Origin: Candidatus Fermentibacteraceae bacterium
GTDB taxonomy: Bacteria > Fermentibacterota > Fermentibacteria > Fermentibacterales > JCC-6
Direction of reading: 5' to 3'
Assembly (NCBI GenBank): GCA_041686025.1
Contig: JAWLEP010000038.1
Coordinates: 1 to 25,526, forward strand
Length of the DNA: 25,526 nucleotides
Under the pieces are notes generated by a model. That model saw nothing but the letters and a program-made list of their open reading frames with translations. It was not told the origin of the DNA and did no database searches. Position 1 is the stretch's first letter. The number at the start of each line of letters is the position of its first letter. This document shows, piece after piece, positions 1 through 8,631 of this stretch. The position numbers were made by a program, and so were the translations under genes.

Positions 1-584
1 AAGCCCCAGAGCGCTCCGACCGGGACCATGCCGGCCGCGGCAGCGGTTCTCATGTCCACGCCGGAGTCCCCCAGGTAGAGCACCCGCCCGGGCTCGACGC
101 CCATGGCCGCCGCCGCATGGAGCGACCCTGCGGGGTCCGGCTTCAGCGGGAAGCCGGCGTCCGCCCCCACCACCGCCGCGAAATCCCACCTGTCAAGTAA
201 CTCCTTGACACTGCCCTCCGCCGCCCCCTGAGGCTTGTTGGTCACGATGGCCATGGGCAGGCCGGCGCCGGAGACGGCATTCAGCAGCTCCGGGACGCCG
301 TCGTAGGCCCTGGTCCTGCGGTTGCCCCAGACGGCGTATCGTCTCCGTACCTCCCCGGCCAGAGAGTCCATGTCTGTCTCCCGGGCTTCCTCCCCCAGCA
401 GCCTCTCCAGGAGGACGGCGACACCGCTTCCCACCCCCCGCCGGTACTCCTCCAGACCGTAGGGGCCGTAGCCCCGCTCGGCCAGCACGTCGTTCACGGC
501 GTCGCGTATGTCCTCCAGGGTGTAGAGCAGGGTTCCGTCCATGTCCAGCAGCAGGCCGTCGAACGATCCGCCTTCCGATTCCAT
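1..584 (-). CDS. HAD-superfamily hydrolase (phosphoglycolate phosphatase-like), 3' end outside window
   Basis: Not in the ORF track. Hand translation from ATG 584 gives MESEGGSFDGLLLDMDGTLLYT (motif I DxDGT) ... IVTNK (II) ... KPDP (III) ... YLGDSGVDM (IV). The frame is open to the window edge and starts 9 nt after the peroxiredoxin stop. Confidence 0.9.
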   Translation of the reverse strand, partial: MESEGGSFDGLLLDMDGTLLYTLEDIRDAVNDVLAERGYGPYGLEEYRRGVGSGVAVLLERLLGEEARETDMDSLAGEVRRRYAVWGNRRTRAYDGVPELLNAVSGAGLPMAIVTNKPQGAAEGSVKELLDRWDFAAVVGADAGFPLKPDPAGSLHAAAAMGVEPGRVLYLGDSGVDMRTAAAAGMVPVGALWG

Positions 585-593
585 GCCATGGCC

Positions 594-1049
594 TCAGCCG
601 GAGAGCTCGGCCAGCACCTCCTCCAGGTCCGGCAGCTCCTTGATCTCGTAGATCTTCCTCATGATTACCCGGCCCTCCTCGTCCAGGGCGATGTTTCCCC
701 TGCCGGAGAAGCCCAGCTTCTCGATGAAGATGTCGGCGGAGCGGGCCACCTCGCCGTGGGGCCAGAAGTCCGAGAGGATCCGCAGCCTCTCCAGGCCCAT
801 GTCGTCGGCCCAGGCCTTCTTGGTGGGAACGGCGTCCACACTGAGGCCCAGGGGCACGACGCCCAGGCTGTCGAACCGGTCCATGGCCTCCTCCAGGGCC
901 TGCATCTGCTTGGTGCATATGCCGGTCCAGGCCAGGGGATGGAACGAGAGCAGCACCCTCTTCCCCCGGAGGTCCGAGAGCCTGACCTTCTCGCCCTCCT
1001 GGTCGGAGAGCTCGAAGTCCTCCAGCACGTCGCCCATCTCTGCAGCCAT
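594..1049 (-). CDS. Peroxiredoxin (AhpC/TSA family, AhpE/BCP-like, single Cys)
   Basis: PxxxTxxC active site (FHPLAWTGIC), GLSVD and ILSDFWPHGEVA motifs; GGAGGAGA RBS upstream. Confidence 0.9.
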   Translation of the reverse strand: MAAEMGDVLEDFELSDQEGEKVRLSDLRGKRVLLSFHPLAWTGICTKQMQALEEAMDRFDSLGVVPLGLSVDAVPTKKAWADDMGLERLRILSDFWPHGEVARSADIFIEKLGFSGRGNIALDEEGRVIMRKIYEIKELPDLEEVLAELSG

Positions 1050-1059
1050 ATCTCCTCCC

Positions 1060-1920
1060 CTATCCCCGGAAGCTCTCTACGAGCTCCCTCAACTCATCCA
1101 TGTCGGTCTCGCGCTCGTGCAGCGGGCGGGAGTCGTCCTCCCAGGCCGGCTGCTGCTGTTCGAACGTCTTCCTGTCGGGGTTGCGGTAGATCGCGCCCAG
1201 GGGCATCCTCTCGGTCTCCATGGCCTTGCCGAAAGCCGCCTGCCTGTCGGTGGGGTCGTAGCCCTCCTCCAGCTGGTAGGTGTGCTCCTCGAACCACTTG
1301 TAGTCGTTGACCCGGTTGAAGGAGACGCAGGGCTGGAAGATGTCCACCAGGGCGTAGCCCCTGTGGCGTGCCGCCTCCATGATCATGGTCTTGAGGTGCT
1401 CGCCGTGGCCGGCAAAGGACCTGGCCACGAAGGAGGCGTCCAGGGCCACCGCCACCGCGATGGGGTTGAAGGGCTCCAGTATCACTCCCTCCGTCTGCAC
1501 CGGGGTCTGAAAGCCCCTCATGCTGGTGGGCGAGGCCTGCCCCTTGGTGAGGCCGTAGACCATGTTGTTGTGCACCAGGTGGACGATGTCGGGATTGCGG
1601 CGGAGGCAGTGGATGAAGTGGTTGCCGCCCTCGCCGTACATGTCCCCATCGCCGCCCTCGGCTATCACGGTGAGGCCGCGGTTGCAGGCCTTGATGGCAG
1701 TGGCCACCGGGAGTGTGCGGCCGTGCAGGCCGTTGAAGCAGTTGCATCGGAGGTAGTGGGGCATCTTCGGCGCCTGGCCTATGCCGGAGGCGATCACCAG
1801 CTTCTGAGGTGGAACCTCCAGGTCCTCCAGGGCGGCCATCAGCGCCTTGCGTATGGCGAAGTTGCCGCAGCCCGGGCACCATGCGATGTCCAATCCCTCT
1901 ATCTCGTGGATGTAGCTCAT
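1060..1920 (-). CDS. korB: 2-oxoacid:ferredoxin oxidoreductase beta subunit (TPP-binding)
   Basis: WCPGCGN, LHGR, TPP motif GGDGD...[15 protein letters not shown] and QPCVSFN. Overlaps the alpha stop codon (ATGA coupling). The symbol is family-level; substrate not determined. Confidence 0.93.
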   Translation of the reverse strand: MSYIHEIEGLDIAWCPGCGNFAIRKALMAALEDLEVPPQKLVIASGIGQAPKMPHYLRCNCFNGLHGRTLPVATAIKACNRGLTVIAEGGDGDMYGEGGNHFIHCLRRNPDIVHLVHNNMVYGLTKGQASPTSMRGFQTPVQTEGVILEPFNPIAVAVALDASFVARSFAGHGEHLKTMIMEAARHRGYALVDIFQPCVSFNRVNDYKWFEEHTYQLEEGYDPTDRQAAFGKAMETERMPLGAIYRNPDRKTFEQQQPAWEDDSRPLHERETDMDELRELVESFRG

Positions 1921-3644
1921 CTCCGCCCCCCTTCGATTGCCTTCCGCAGCTTCTCTGCCAGGGTGTCCGCCCGGAAGGGCAGACCGTCGTACCGAAGCAC
2001 CTCGTGGTCTGGAGTTATGCCCGCCAGGTCCCCCAGGAGGCGCCCCATCTGCCCGGTGGCGTTGCCCTCCACGGTGATCACCGATTCGGCCGCTTCCAGA
2101 AGCTCCGCCACCCTGTCATGAAGCGGGTAGAGCTGCGACAGGTGCATCACGGAGACGTCGTCCCTGTCCAGCCTCTCCACGGCCTCCATGCATGCGTTTC
2201 GCGAAGAGCCCCAGCAGACCACCATGATGCTGCCGTCTCCTACCAGCTCCGGTTCCAGGGCGTCTTCGGCCAGGCCGGCGAACTTGCCCAGCCTCTTGTC
2301 CACCATTCTTACCCTCAGGTCGAGGTCTTCGGTGATGTGACCCGACTCGTCGTGCTCGTCGCTGTCGAGACAGACCAGCCCGGGCCCGGACCCCGGCACG
2401 GCCATGGGCGAGGGCGGCCCCCCGTCCAGGCTGTACCTCCTGTAGCCCTCGCCGGCGTCCACCAGGAACCTCTCGGTGATCACCCCGTCCAGGTCCAGCT
2501 CGGAGGCCGGGTAGTAGGAGTCCATGATGGACTGGTCGGTGACCACGAAGACCGGCACCTGGTGCTTCTCGGCCAGCCAGAATGCCCTGGCAGCGAGAGA
2601 GAAGGCCTGCTTCAGGCTGCCCGGGGCCAGCACCGCCACCGGAAACTCGCCGTGGCCGGCCCCCAGAACCAGGTCCAGGTCCTCCTGTCCGGTGCGGGTG
2701 GGAAGGCCCGTGGCCGGCCCCGGACGCTGCGCGACGTGGAGCACCAGAGGGGTCTCCACCATGCCCGCCAGGCTGATTCCCTCCGACATCAGGGCCATAC
2801 CGCCCCCGGAGGTGGTTACCATGGACCGGGCACCGGTGTACCACGCTCCCAGACCCATGTTCACCGCGGATATCTCGTCCTCGGCCTGCTCCACCACCAG
2901 ACCGAACCTCCGGGCCTGCCCGGCCAGGAAGGCCAGAACTCCGGTGGAGGGCGACATGGGGTAGGAGCATATGAAGCGAATCCCGCCGGCGATGGCTCCC
3001 AGTCCCACCGCCTGGGCGCCGTTGAGCAGCAGCTGCTCCCCGGAGCTCTCCTCCGGGGCCGGGACGGAGAGGTCCAGGTCCAGGTCCTCCCCGGCCCGGA
3101 AGCCGCTCTCGAAGGCGGTCAGGTTTCCCTTCCTGTCCTCCTCGCCCATCTCCTCGAAGCTGCTCCTCACCTCTTCGAGACAGCGCTGCAGGTCCAGGCC
3201 GAAGGCACCGGCCACCACGCCGGCGGCCACTGTGTTCGAATAGACCTTCCTGCCGGCATCCTCGGCCATCCCGCCGATGGGCACCGGGAAGGGCCTTCCG
3301 GGAAACTCCTCCCCCCCGCTCTCCAGGGAATCCGGGGAGGCGATCACCGCGGTGCCTTCCCCAGACCGGTCCGCCATGTGGTCCAGGGCCCGCGGCCCCA
3401 GGGCCACCAGAAGGTCCACCCTCTCCACGGGGCACTCCACCGGCCGCGGAGACAGCCTGAGGTCGGTGGAGTTGCTCCCCCCGCGGACCCGGGACATGTA
3501 CTCCTTGGTGGAGAATACGTACAGGCCGGACGCCCGCAGCAGAGAGGCCAGCAGGCTCTCCACCGTCTTTATGCCCTGCCCCGCCCCTCCGCAGATGACG
3601 ACGTTCAGGTCTTTCGTCTGCGAATCTCTCCGTTCTCTGGCCAT
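1917..3644 (-). CDS. korA: 2-oxoacid:ferredoxin oxidoreductase alpha subunit (gamma-alpha fusion)
   Basis: [35 protein letters not shown] and [10 protein letters not shown] motifs. Start moved to ATG 3644 because GGGAGG lies just upstream. The symbol is family-level. Confidence 0.93.
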   Translation of the reverse strand: MARERRDSQTKDLNVVICGGAGQGIKTVESLLASLLRASGLYVFSTKEYMSRVRGGSNSTDLRLSPRPVECPVERVDLLVALGPRALDHMADRSGEGTAVIASPDSLESGGEEFPGRPFPVPIGGMAEDAGRKVYSNTVAAGVVAGAFGLDLQRCLEEVRSSFEEMGEEDRKGNLTAFESGFRAGEDLDLDLSVPAPEESSGEQLLLNGAQAVGLGAIAGGIRFICSYPMSPSTGVLAFLAGQARRFGLVVEQAEDEISAVNMGLGAWYTGARSMVTTSGGGMALMSEGISLAGMVETPLVLHVAQRPGPATGLPTRTGQEDLDLVLGAGHGEFPVAVLAPGSLKQAFSLAARAFWLAEKHQVPVFVVTDQSIMDSYYPASELDLDGVITERFLVDAGEGYRRYSLDGGPPSPMAVPGSGPGLVCLDSDEHDESGHITEDLDLRVRMVDKRLGKFAGLAEDALEPELVGDGSIMVVCWGSSRNACMEAVERLDRDDVSVMHLSQLYPLHDRVAELLEAAESVITVEGNATGQMGRLLGDLAGITPDHEVLRYDGLPFRADTLAEKLRKAIEGGRR

Positions 3645-3708
3645 GAGACCTCCCGTTTTCATAGTCGGCCGGGCGATTCCCCGTCCTTCAGAATGCCAAT
3701 GTCATCGG

Positions 3709-3738
3709 TGCAGCCGGGATTCCGCCTTCCCGGCTGCA
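3709..3738 (-). terminator. 11-bp GC-rich hairpin just after the kinase gene (no U-tract)
   Basis: TGCAGCCGGGA-N8-TCCCGGCTGCA, 8 nt past the stop at 3747. Confidence 0.5.
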
Positions 3739-3746
3739 GGCAGCGG

Positions 3747-6464
3747 TCAGGACAGTATCTCGCGCAGCATCTTCTCCAGCTCGGAGCTGGAGTACGGTTT
3801 GTGGAGGAAGCCGCAGTAGCAGGGATTGCGGAAACAGTCCTCCGCCGAGTTCCGCGAGAAGCCGCTGGAGAGTATGACGCGCATCCCGGGGTGGTCGCGG
3901 GAGATGCGCTCCAGGACCTCCTGGCCCAGCATCCCCGGCATGGTCAGGTCCAGCAGAACGCAGGAGACCCCCGATTCTCCGGAGGCCAGGATTTCCAGCG
4001 CCTCCCTGCCGCTGGCGCCGGTGAGGGCGCGGTATCCCAGCCTCTCTAACATCTCCCTGGCGGTCTCCCTCACCGTCGCCTCGTCGTCAACGACCAGAAT
4101 GGCTCCCCCTTCTGCAGGCTGCAGCGGCAGCGCAGAAGGCTCTCCCACCGCCTGCTCCGCCTCCAGCGAGGGGGGAAAGCAGAGCCTGAACGCCGACCCG
4201 CCCGGACAGTGGACGTCGATGTCGACGTAACCGCCGTGTGCCCGTACTATGCCCGCCACCGCCGGCATCCAGAGACCGGTACCGGCCGTATCCTCCTCCA
4301 GGAAAGGCTCCAGCAGCCTCCGGGCCTGCGCGGGCTCCAGCCTGAGGCCGCCGCAGAAGAGCTCGGCGCAGACGTATGCCCCGTCCCGGTGCCCTCTTGC
4401 TTCCGCCTCTTCCCCCGGCCCTCCGCATAGGCCCGTGCTCAGCCGGAGGGCTTTCGGGGCCACATGCCTGCGCAGTGCCTCCTCCACCAGGTTCTCCAGG
4501 GCCTGCCTCAGCTGCGAGCGGTCCAGCTCCACGGGGGGAAGATCCTCACCGAGGTCGAGAGGTATCCCCGGAACCGGGAACGACTCGGACTCCACGATCT
4601 CCCGAAGGAGCTCCGAAAGGTCCATGCGGGAGGTTACGAACTTGCCCTTCCCGGAGAAGGCCAGCATCTGCCGGCACAGCTCGGCCGCCCTCTGCGAGCT
4701 CTTCAGGACGATGTCCAGGTTCTCGGAGGCCGCAGAGCGCGGCATCTTCATGGAGGCAAGCTCGACGTTCCCCATGATGCCCAGGAGCAGGTTGTTGAAG
4801 TCGTGGGCCACGGTCCCGGCCAGGTGGCTCAGGCTCTCCAGCCTGCGGGAGCGCTCCCTGTACTCTCGCAGCTGCCTGTGCCTCTCGCCGGCTTCCCTCT
4901 CGGCGGTTACGTCAACGGCGAAGACCACCACACCGTAGACGCCCCCCTCGAGGTCGCGGTAAGGCACGAGGTTCATCACGAAGTGCCGCTCACAGCGGTT
5001 CATGATCACCTTGCGCTCCAGATCCAGCAGTGGCTTTCCGCCGGAGACGACCCGCTCGGACTCCTCGAGGCACTGCAGCCCCATCCCCCCGAAAAGAGCG
5101 CTGTAGTCCTCGCCCACCAGCTCCCTGGGGGCTGCGCCCAGCAGGTCGGCGGCGTAACGGTTCAGCCTGGCGACACGGCCCCTGGAGTCCCGGAAGACTA
5201 TGACCGCCGGTACGTAGTCCAGCAGCAGCTGCAGCTGCTCCTTCTTGGCCGCCAGCATGTCCGAGAGCTCCTTGAGGCGGTCGTTCTTCCGCCTGAGCGC
5301 TCTGGCCTCCCTGGCCTGGTGCTCCGTTTCCAGCAGAGCCCTGGCCTGCGCCAGCTTCTTCCGTTCGCGGCTGGCGTAGTGCCTCCTGGAGGTCTCCAGG
5401 GCTTCCCTGGCGCTCTGGAGCGCCTCGACGGGCCTGCCGGCCGCTTCCAGTACCGAGCAGAGCATCCTCAGGGTCTGTACCCGAATGTCGGGCATGTCCA
5501 TGCTCCGCTGTATGTCCAGGCTGGCCCGCAGGCACAGAAGGGCCCTTTCCGGCCTCTGCATCACAGACCAGGCCTCCCCCAGGTTGAGCAGGGATGAGGC
5601 GATTCCCTTGGCGTGGTTTATCCCCCGCCGGATGCGAAGCGCCTCCTGGTGCTTCTCCACAGCCTCCTGCGTACGCCCCATCCGCAGCAGGAGGTTCCCG
5701 ATGTTGTTAAGCACGTTGGCCAGCCTGCTGTCGCCGCCTATCCGCCTTCTGGTCTTCAGAGACCTGCCGTAGTAGTCCAGCGCTTCGTCGAGGCGGCCCA
5801 TGTCCTTGAGGGTCATGCCGATGTTGCTGAGGGTGTCCGAGGCCCCCCAGCCGTCCCTGATCTCCAGCCTGATGTCCAGGGCCTTCCTGAAGGTCTCCAG
5901 GGCCTGCTCCAGGTCGCCCATGTGGTGGAGGGCCAGGCCCAGGCTGTTCAGCGAGGATGCTTCACGGTCGGAGTCGCCCGAACGCCTGCAGCGCCGCAGG
6001 GCCCTGCGGTGGTGTTCCACCGCCAGGGCGTAGTCCTCCTGGGAACGGGATACTATTCCCAGCCAGTTGGTGGCATCCGCTATGCCCCGGTCGCTGCCCA
6101 GCTCCTCTGCGGCCTCCAGGGCCTCGTAGATCACCTGATAGGCCCTGGACATGCTCCCCATGCCGTGGAAGCTGGCCCCCAGGCCCAGAAGGCACTTGGC
6201 CTCCGAGGAGCGGTCGCCGGCCTCGCGACTGCAGGTGGCGGCGGTCTCGTAAACGTCCGCGGCCCGGCCGAAATCCCCCGACTTCCAGAAGGCCGATGCG
6301 GCCCGGCGCAGGAGGTTGCACCTCTCCGCTCCGGAAAGGCCTTCGGATTGAGTTAGAAAGGCCTCGGCGGCCTCCCGGAACCTCCCCCCTGCCAGTTGCT
6401 CCTCCGCCTCGGATGGAAAGCGCTCTGTTACGGTGCTTCCCTCCGATGGCCCCTTCTCGGACAT
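3747..6464 (-). CDS. Cytoplasmic TPR-PAS-HisKA-(degenerate HATPase)-receiver hybrid signalling protein
   Basis: About 7-8 TPRs (e.g. ASSLNSLG, ANVLNNIG), a coiled coil, PAS (VFRDSRGRVARLN...VFAVDVT), H-box AHDFNNLL and receiver VVDDE/LLDLTMP/SSG/KPY. No TM segment. Start at ATG 6464 with a GGGAGAGG RBS. Confidence 0.88.
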   Translation of the reverse strand: MSEKGPSEGSTVTERFPSEAEEQLAGGRFREAAEAFLTQSEGLSGAERCNLLRRAASAFWKSGDFGRAADVYETAATCSREAGDRSSEAKCLLGLGASFHGMGSMSRAYQVIYEALEAAEELGSDRGIADATNWLGIVSRSQEDYALAVEHHRRALRRCRRSGDSDREASSLNSLGLALHHMGDLEQALETFRKALDIRLEIRDGWGASDTLSNIGMTLKDMGRLDEALDYYGRSLKTRRRIGGDSRLANVLNNIGNLLLRMGRTQEAVEKHQEALRIRRGINHAKGIASSLLNLGEAWSVMQRPERALLCLRASLDIQRSMDMPDIRVQTLRMLCSVLEAAGRPVEALQSAREALETSRRHYASRERKKLAQARALLETEHQAREARALRRKNDRLKELSDMLAAKKEQLQLLLDYVPAVIVFRDSRGRVARLNRYAADLLGAAPRELVGEDYSALFGGMGLQCLEESERVVSGGKPLLDLERKVIMNRCERHFVMNLVPYRDLEGGVYGVVVFAVDVTAEREAGERHRQLREYRERSRRLESLSHLAGTVAHDFNNLLLGIMGNVELASMKMPRSAASENLDIVLKSSQRAAELCRQMLAFSGKGKFVTSRMDLSELLREIVESESFPVPGIPLDLGEDLPPVELDRSQLRQALENLVEEALRRHVAPKALRLSTGLCGGPGEEAEARGHRDGAYVCAELFCGGLRLEPAQARRLLEPFLEEDTAGTGLWMPAVAGIVRAHGGYVDIDVHCPGGSAFRLCFPPSLEAEQAVGEPSALPLQPAEGGAILVVDDEATVRETAREMLERLGYRALTGASGREALEILASGESGVSCVLLDLTMPGMLGQEVLERISRDHPGMRVILSSGFSRNSAEDCFRNPCYCGFLHKPYSSSELEKMLREILS

Positions 6465-6506
6465 TTTTCCTCTCCCAACCGGTGTAATGCGATGTCCGCC
6501 CCGAAG

Positions 6507-6535
6507 AGCATCCCCAAACGGCAATCGGTCGTCAA
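6507..6535 (-). promoter_or_regulatory. Putative sigma70-type promoter for the hybrid kinase
   Basis: TTGACG-N17-GATGCT on the minus strand, about 40 nt upstream of ATG 6464. Confidence 0.45.
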
Positions 6536-6556
6536 TAGTAGTGAGAGGGCCATAGA

Positions 6557-6590
6557 GAAAGGGCCGGAGGCATCAGCCTCCGGCCCTTTC
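6557..6590 (-). terminator. Intrinsic terminator after the FG-GAP gene (possibly bidirectional)
   Basis: Perfect 15-bp inverted repeat GAAAGGGCCGGAGGC-ATCA-GCCTCCGGCCCTTTC, ending in pyrimidine runs on both strands. Confidence 0.8.
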
Positions 6591-6608
6591 CTTCACCCAT
6601 CGTAAGGG

Positions 6609-8456
6609 CTAGCGGATCACCACCAGTGTTCTGGTGTCGACCTCACTGCCAGCCTTGAGCCTGCAAAGGTAGAGGCCGGGCTGAAGACCGCTGACCTCTT
6701 CCTGGTGCGTACCCGCGGACAGCTCGCCGTCCACCAGCGTCCGCACCAGCCTGCCGGAGCAGTCGAAGATCTCCAGCGAGACGGCGGAGCCGCCCGGGAC
6801 GCCGAACCGCAGCATGGAGCTGCCGGTGCTGGGGTTGGGGGCAGGGGTGGAAAGACCGAAGCCTCCCAGCGCGGTTGAGCCCTCGCTCACACCATAGGGA
6901 TCCTGCCAGTTGATGGTGACTTCCTGGAGTGAGGGGGTAGCGGTGTAATCGCTGCTGTTCAGGACCATCTGGTACTGGACGTACCGCGCGATGTCCACAT
7001 CTATCAGACCGCCCGGAGTGTATATGGGATCGGACCATTCACCCATGTTTCCGGGGTTGTTGGAGGTGCGGACCAGGAAATGGATGTCGGTCTCGCTGGG
7101 CTCGCTGGAGGTCCAGTCCAGCGTCGTGTACAGGGAGTACATTCCCGTGTCCAGTATCTTGGAGACCAGGTTTCCTTCGGAGGAGTATCCGACGACCTCC
7201 CACCACTTGAGCTGGTTGGAGTCGCCGCCCGTGGCCACGAGATCGCTGTTTCCGTTGCCGTCGATGTCGGCGATGAACACGCCGCTGGCGCCGCCCATGG
7301 AGCCGCTGGCAGTCCGCTTGGTCCAGACGGTGCCTATCTTGTTCAGGTTCTCGAACCAGGCAACTTCGTCACCGTTGGCGGCCGCGCCGGCCACGTCCAT
7401 GTCGCCGTCGTTGTCAATGTCCGCTATGGCCAGCGATGAGACCTGGTCAAAGCTCGTCTCGATGGTGTGTGAGTCCCAGTTGTAGCCACCGCCCTTGTTC
7501 TCGTAGAAGACCACGTCGTCGGAGTAGTAGGTCCCCACCACCACGTCGATCTCGCCGTCGGCGTCGACGTCACCGGTAGCTACCGCGCAGGCGCCGTCTA
7601 TATCGCCGTCGATGGTGTTCTGAGTCCAGCTGGTCCCGCTGCCTGTGACGTTGCGCCACCAGCATGCCTGGCCGTTGTAGTAGCTCATCCCGACGCCCAC
7701 CACGTCCATTTTGCCGTCGCCGTCGATATCGTCGGCGACAACGCCATAGGCGCTGTTGAAGTTGGCGTTGATGGGCCTCTTGATCCAGTCGCTGCCGCTG
7801 CCGTCCACGTTCTGCCACCAGACGATGTCGTTGTCGGAGTAGGCGGCCCCCACCAGATCGTCGTAGCCGTCGCCGTTTATGTCGGCGGGGTAGATGTCCA
7901 CCCCGCCCGTGAAGGCGTCGTCGATGTCTATGCGGGTCCAGTACTCGCCGCTGCCGTTGAGGTTCAGCCACACCGCGACCAAGTCCTGGGAGCTGGATAC
8001 CGCCGCGATGTCCTTGTCGCCGTCCGCGTCCACATCAAGAGCGCATACCGCCGCGCCGCCCTGGAAATCCGTGGAGAGAAGATCACCCGACCAGGACGTT
8101 CCGTCCCCGTTGTTCTCCCACCAGAAGACCCTGCCGTCGTCCTCGTTCACGGTAATGAGGTCGGGATGACCGTCCCCGTTGATGTCGTCCACCCACACGT
8201 CGCTGGCCCCTTCGAGGCCGCCTATCACCGTGTGCTCGACGGGAGTGGTATGGGATACATCCAGCGTGACCTGCCCCGTCTCGAAATAGGATATGTGTGA
8301 GCAGGTGTGGAAGTCGTCGCCCCAGGCCGAAACCGGACCGGGGCTTCCGCTGCCGCCGCTCCAGTCGGTCTGAGTCTCGCTGTATGCCATCGCCGGAGCC
8401 GCAAATGACATTGCGACAACCGCCGAGAACGCAATAAGGAAACCACCAGTTTTCAT
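6609..8456 (-). CDS. Secreted FG-GAP/VCBS-repeat beta-propeller protein with Ig-like T9SS-type/FlgD-like C-terminal domain
   Basis: Signal peptide (..APAMA|Y), seven DxNGDGxxD-type Ca-binding repeats, a beta-rich linker domain, and CTD PAPNP...IFDCSGRLV...PGLYLCRL...LVVIR. Confidence 0.85.
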   Translation of the reverse strand: MKTGGFLIAFSAVVAMSFAAPAMAYSETQTDWSGGSGSPGPVSAWGDDFHTCSHISYFETGQVTLDVSHTTPVEHTVIGGLEGASDVWVDDINGDGHPDLITVNEDDGRVFWWENNGDGTSWSGDLLSTDFQGGAAVCALDVDADGDKDIAAVSSSQDLVAVWLNLNGSGEYWTRIDIDDAFTGGVDIYPADINGDGYDDLVGAAYSDNDIVWWQNVDGSGSDWIKRPINANFNSAYGVVADDIDGDGKMDVVGVGMSYYNGQACWWRNVTGSGTSWTQNTIDGDIDGACAVATGDVDADGEIDVVVGTYYSDDVVFYENKGGGYNWDSHTIETSFDQVSSLAIADIDNDGDMDVAGAAANGDEVAWFENLNKIGTVWTKRTASGSMGGASGVFIADIDGNGNSDLVATGGDSNQLKWWEVVGYSSEGNLVSKILDTGMYSLYTTLDWTSSEPSETDIHFLVRTSNNPGNMGEWSDPIYTPGGLIDVDIARYVQYQMVLNSSDYTATPSLQEVTINWQDPYGVSEGSTALGGFGLSTPAPNPSTGSSMLRFGVPGGSAVSLEIFDCSGRLVRTLVDGELSAGTHQEEVSGLQPGLYLCRLKAGSEVDTRTLVVIR

Positions 8457-8562
8457 CCGTTACCACCTTGCCAGAGCTGTGCCAACCGTCGCCACCACCA
8501 TAGGGGCCAACCCCAATGATTAAAGCCCAATGCCTACGGCGTCAATAAGGAACACTGCGGGT

Positions 8563-8581
8563 ATTTCATATATTATGAAAT
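8563..8581. promoter_or_regulatory. AT-rich 8-3-8 palindrome, candidate operator upstream of the FG-GAP gene
   Basis: ATTTCATA-TAT-TATGAAAT with perfect arms; a minus-strand TTGACG -35-like hexamer lies at 8540-8545. Confidence 0.55.
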
Positions 8582-8631
8582 TCATGCTTTAGTACGATAG
8601 GCCCCATCGGTCCATCAGATGCACCTGGATA

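Noticed and set aside
594..1049. Selenocysteine read-through in the peroxiredoxin
   Set aside because: The active-site residue is an ordinary Cys, and the TGA is at the normal family end directly before the next gene.
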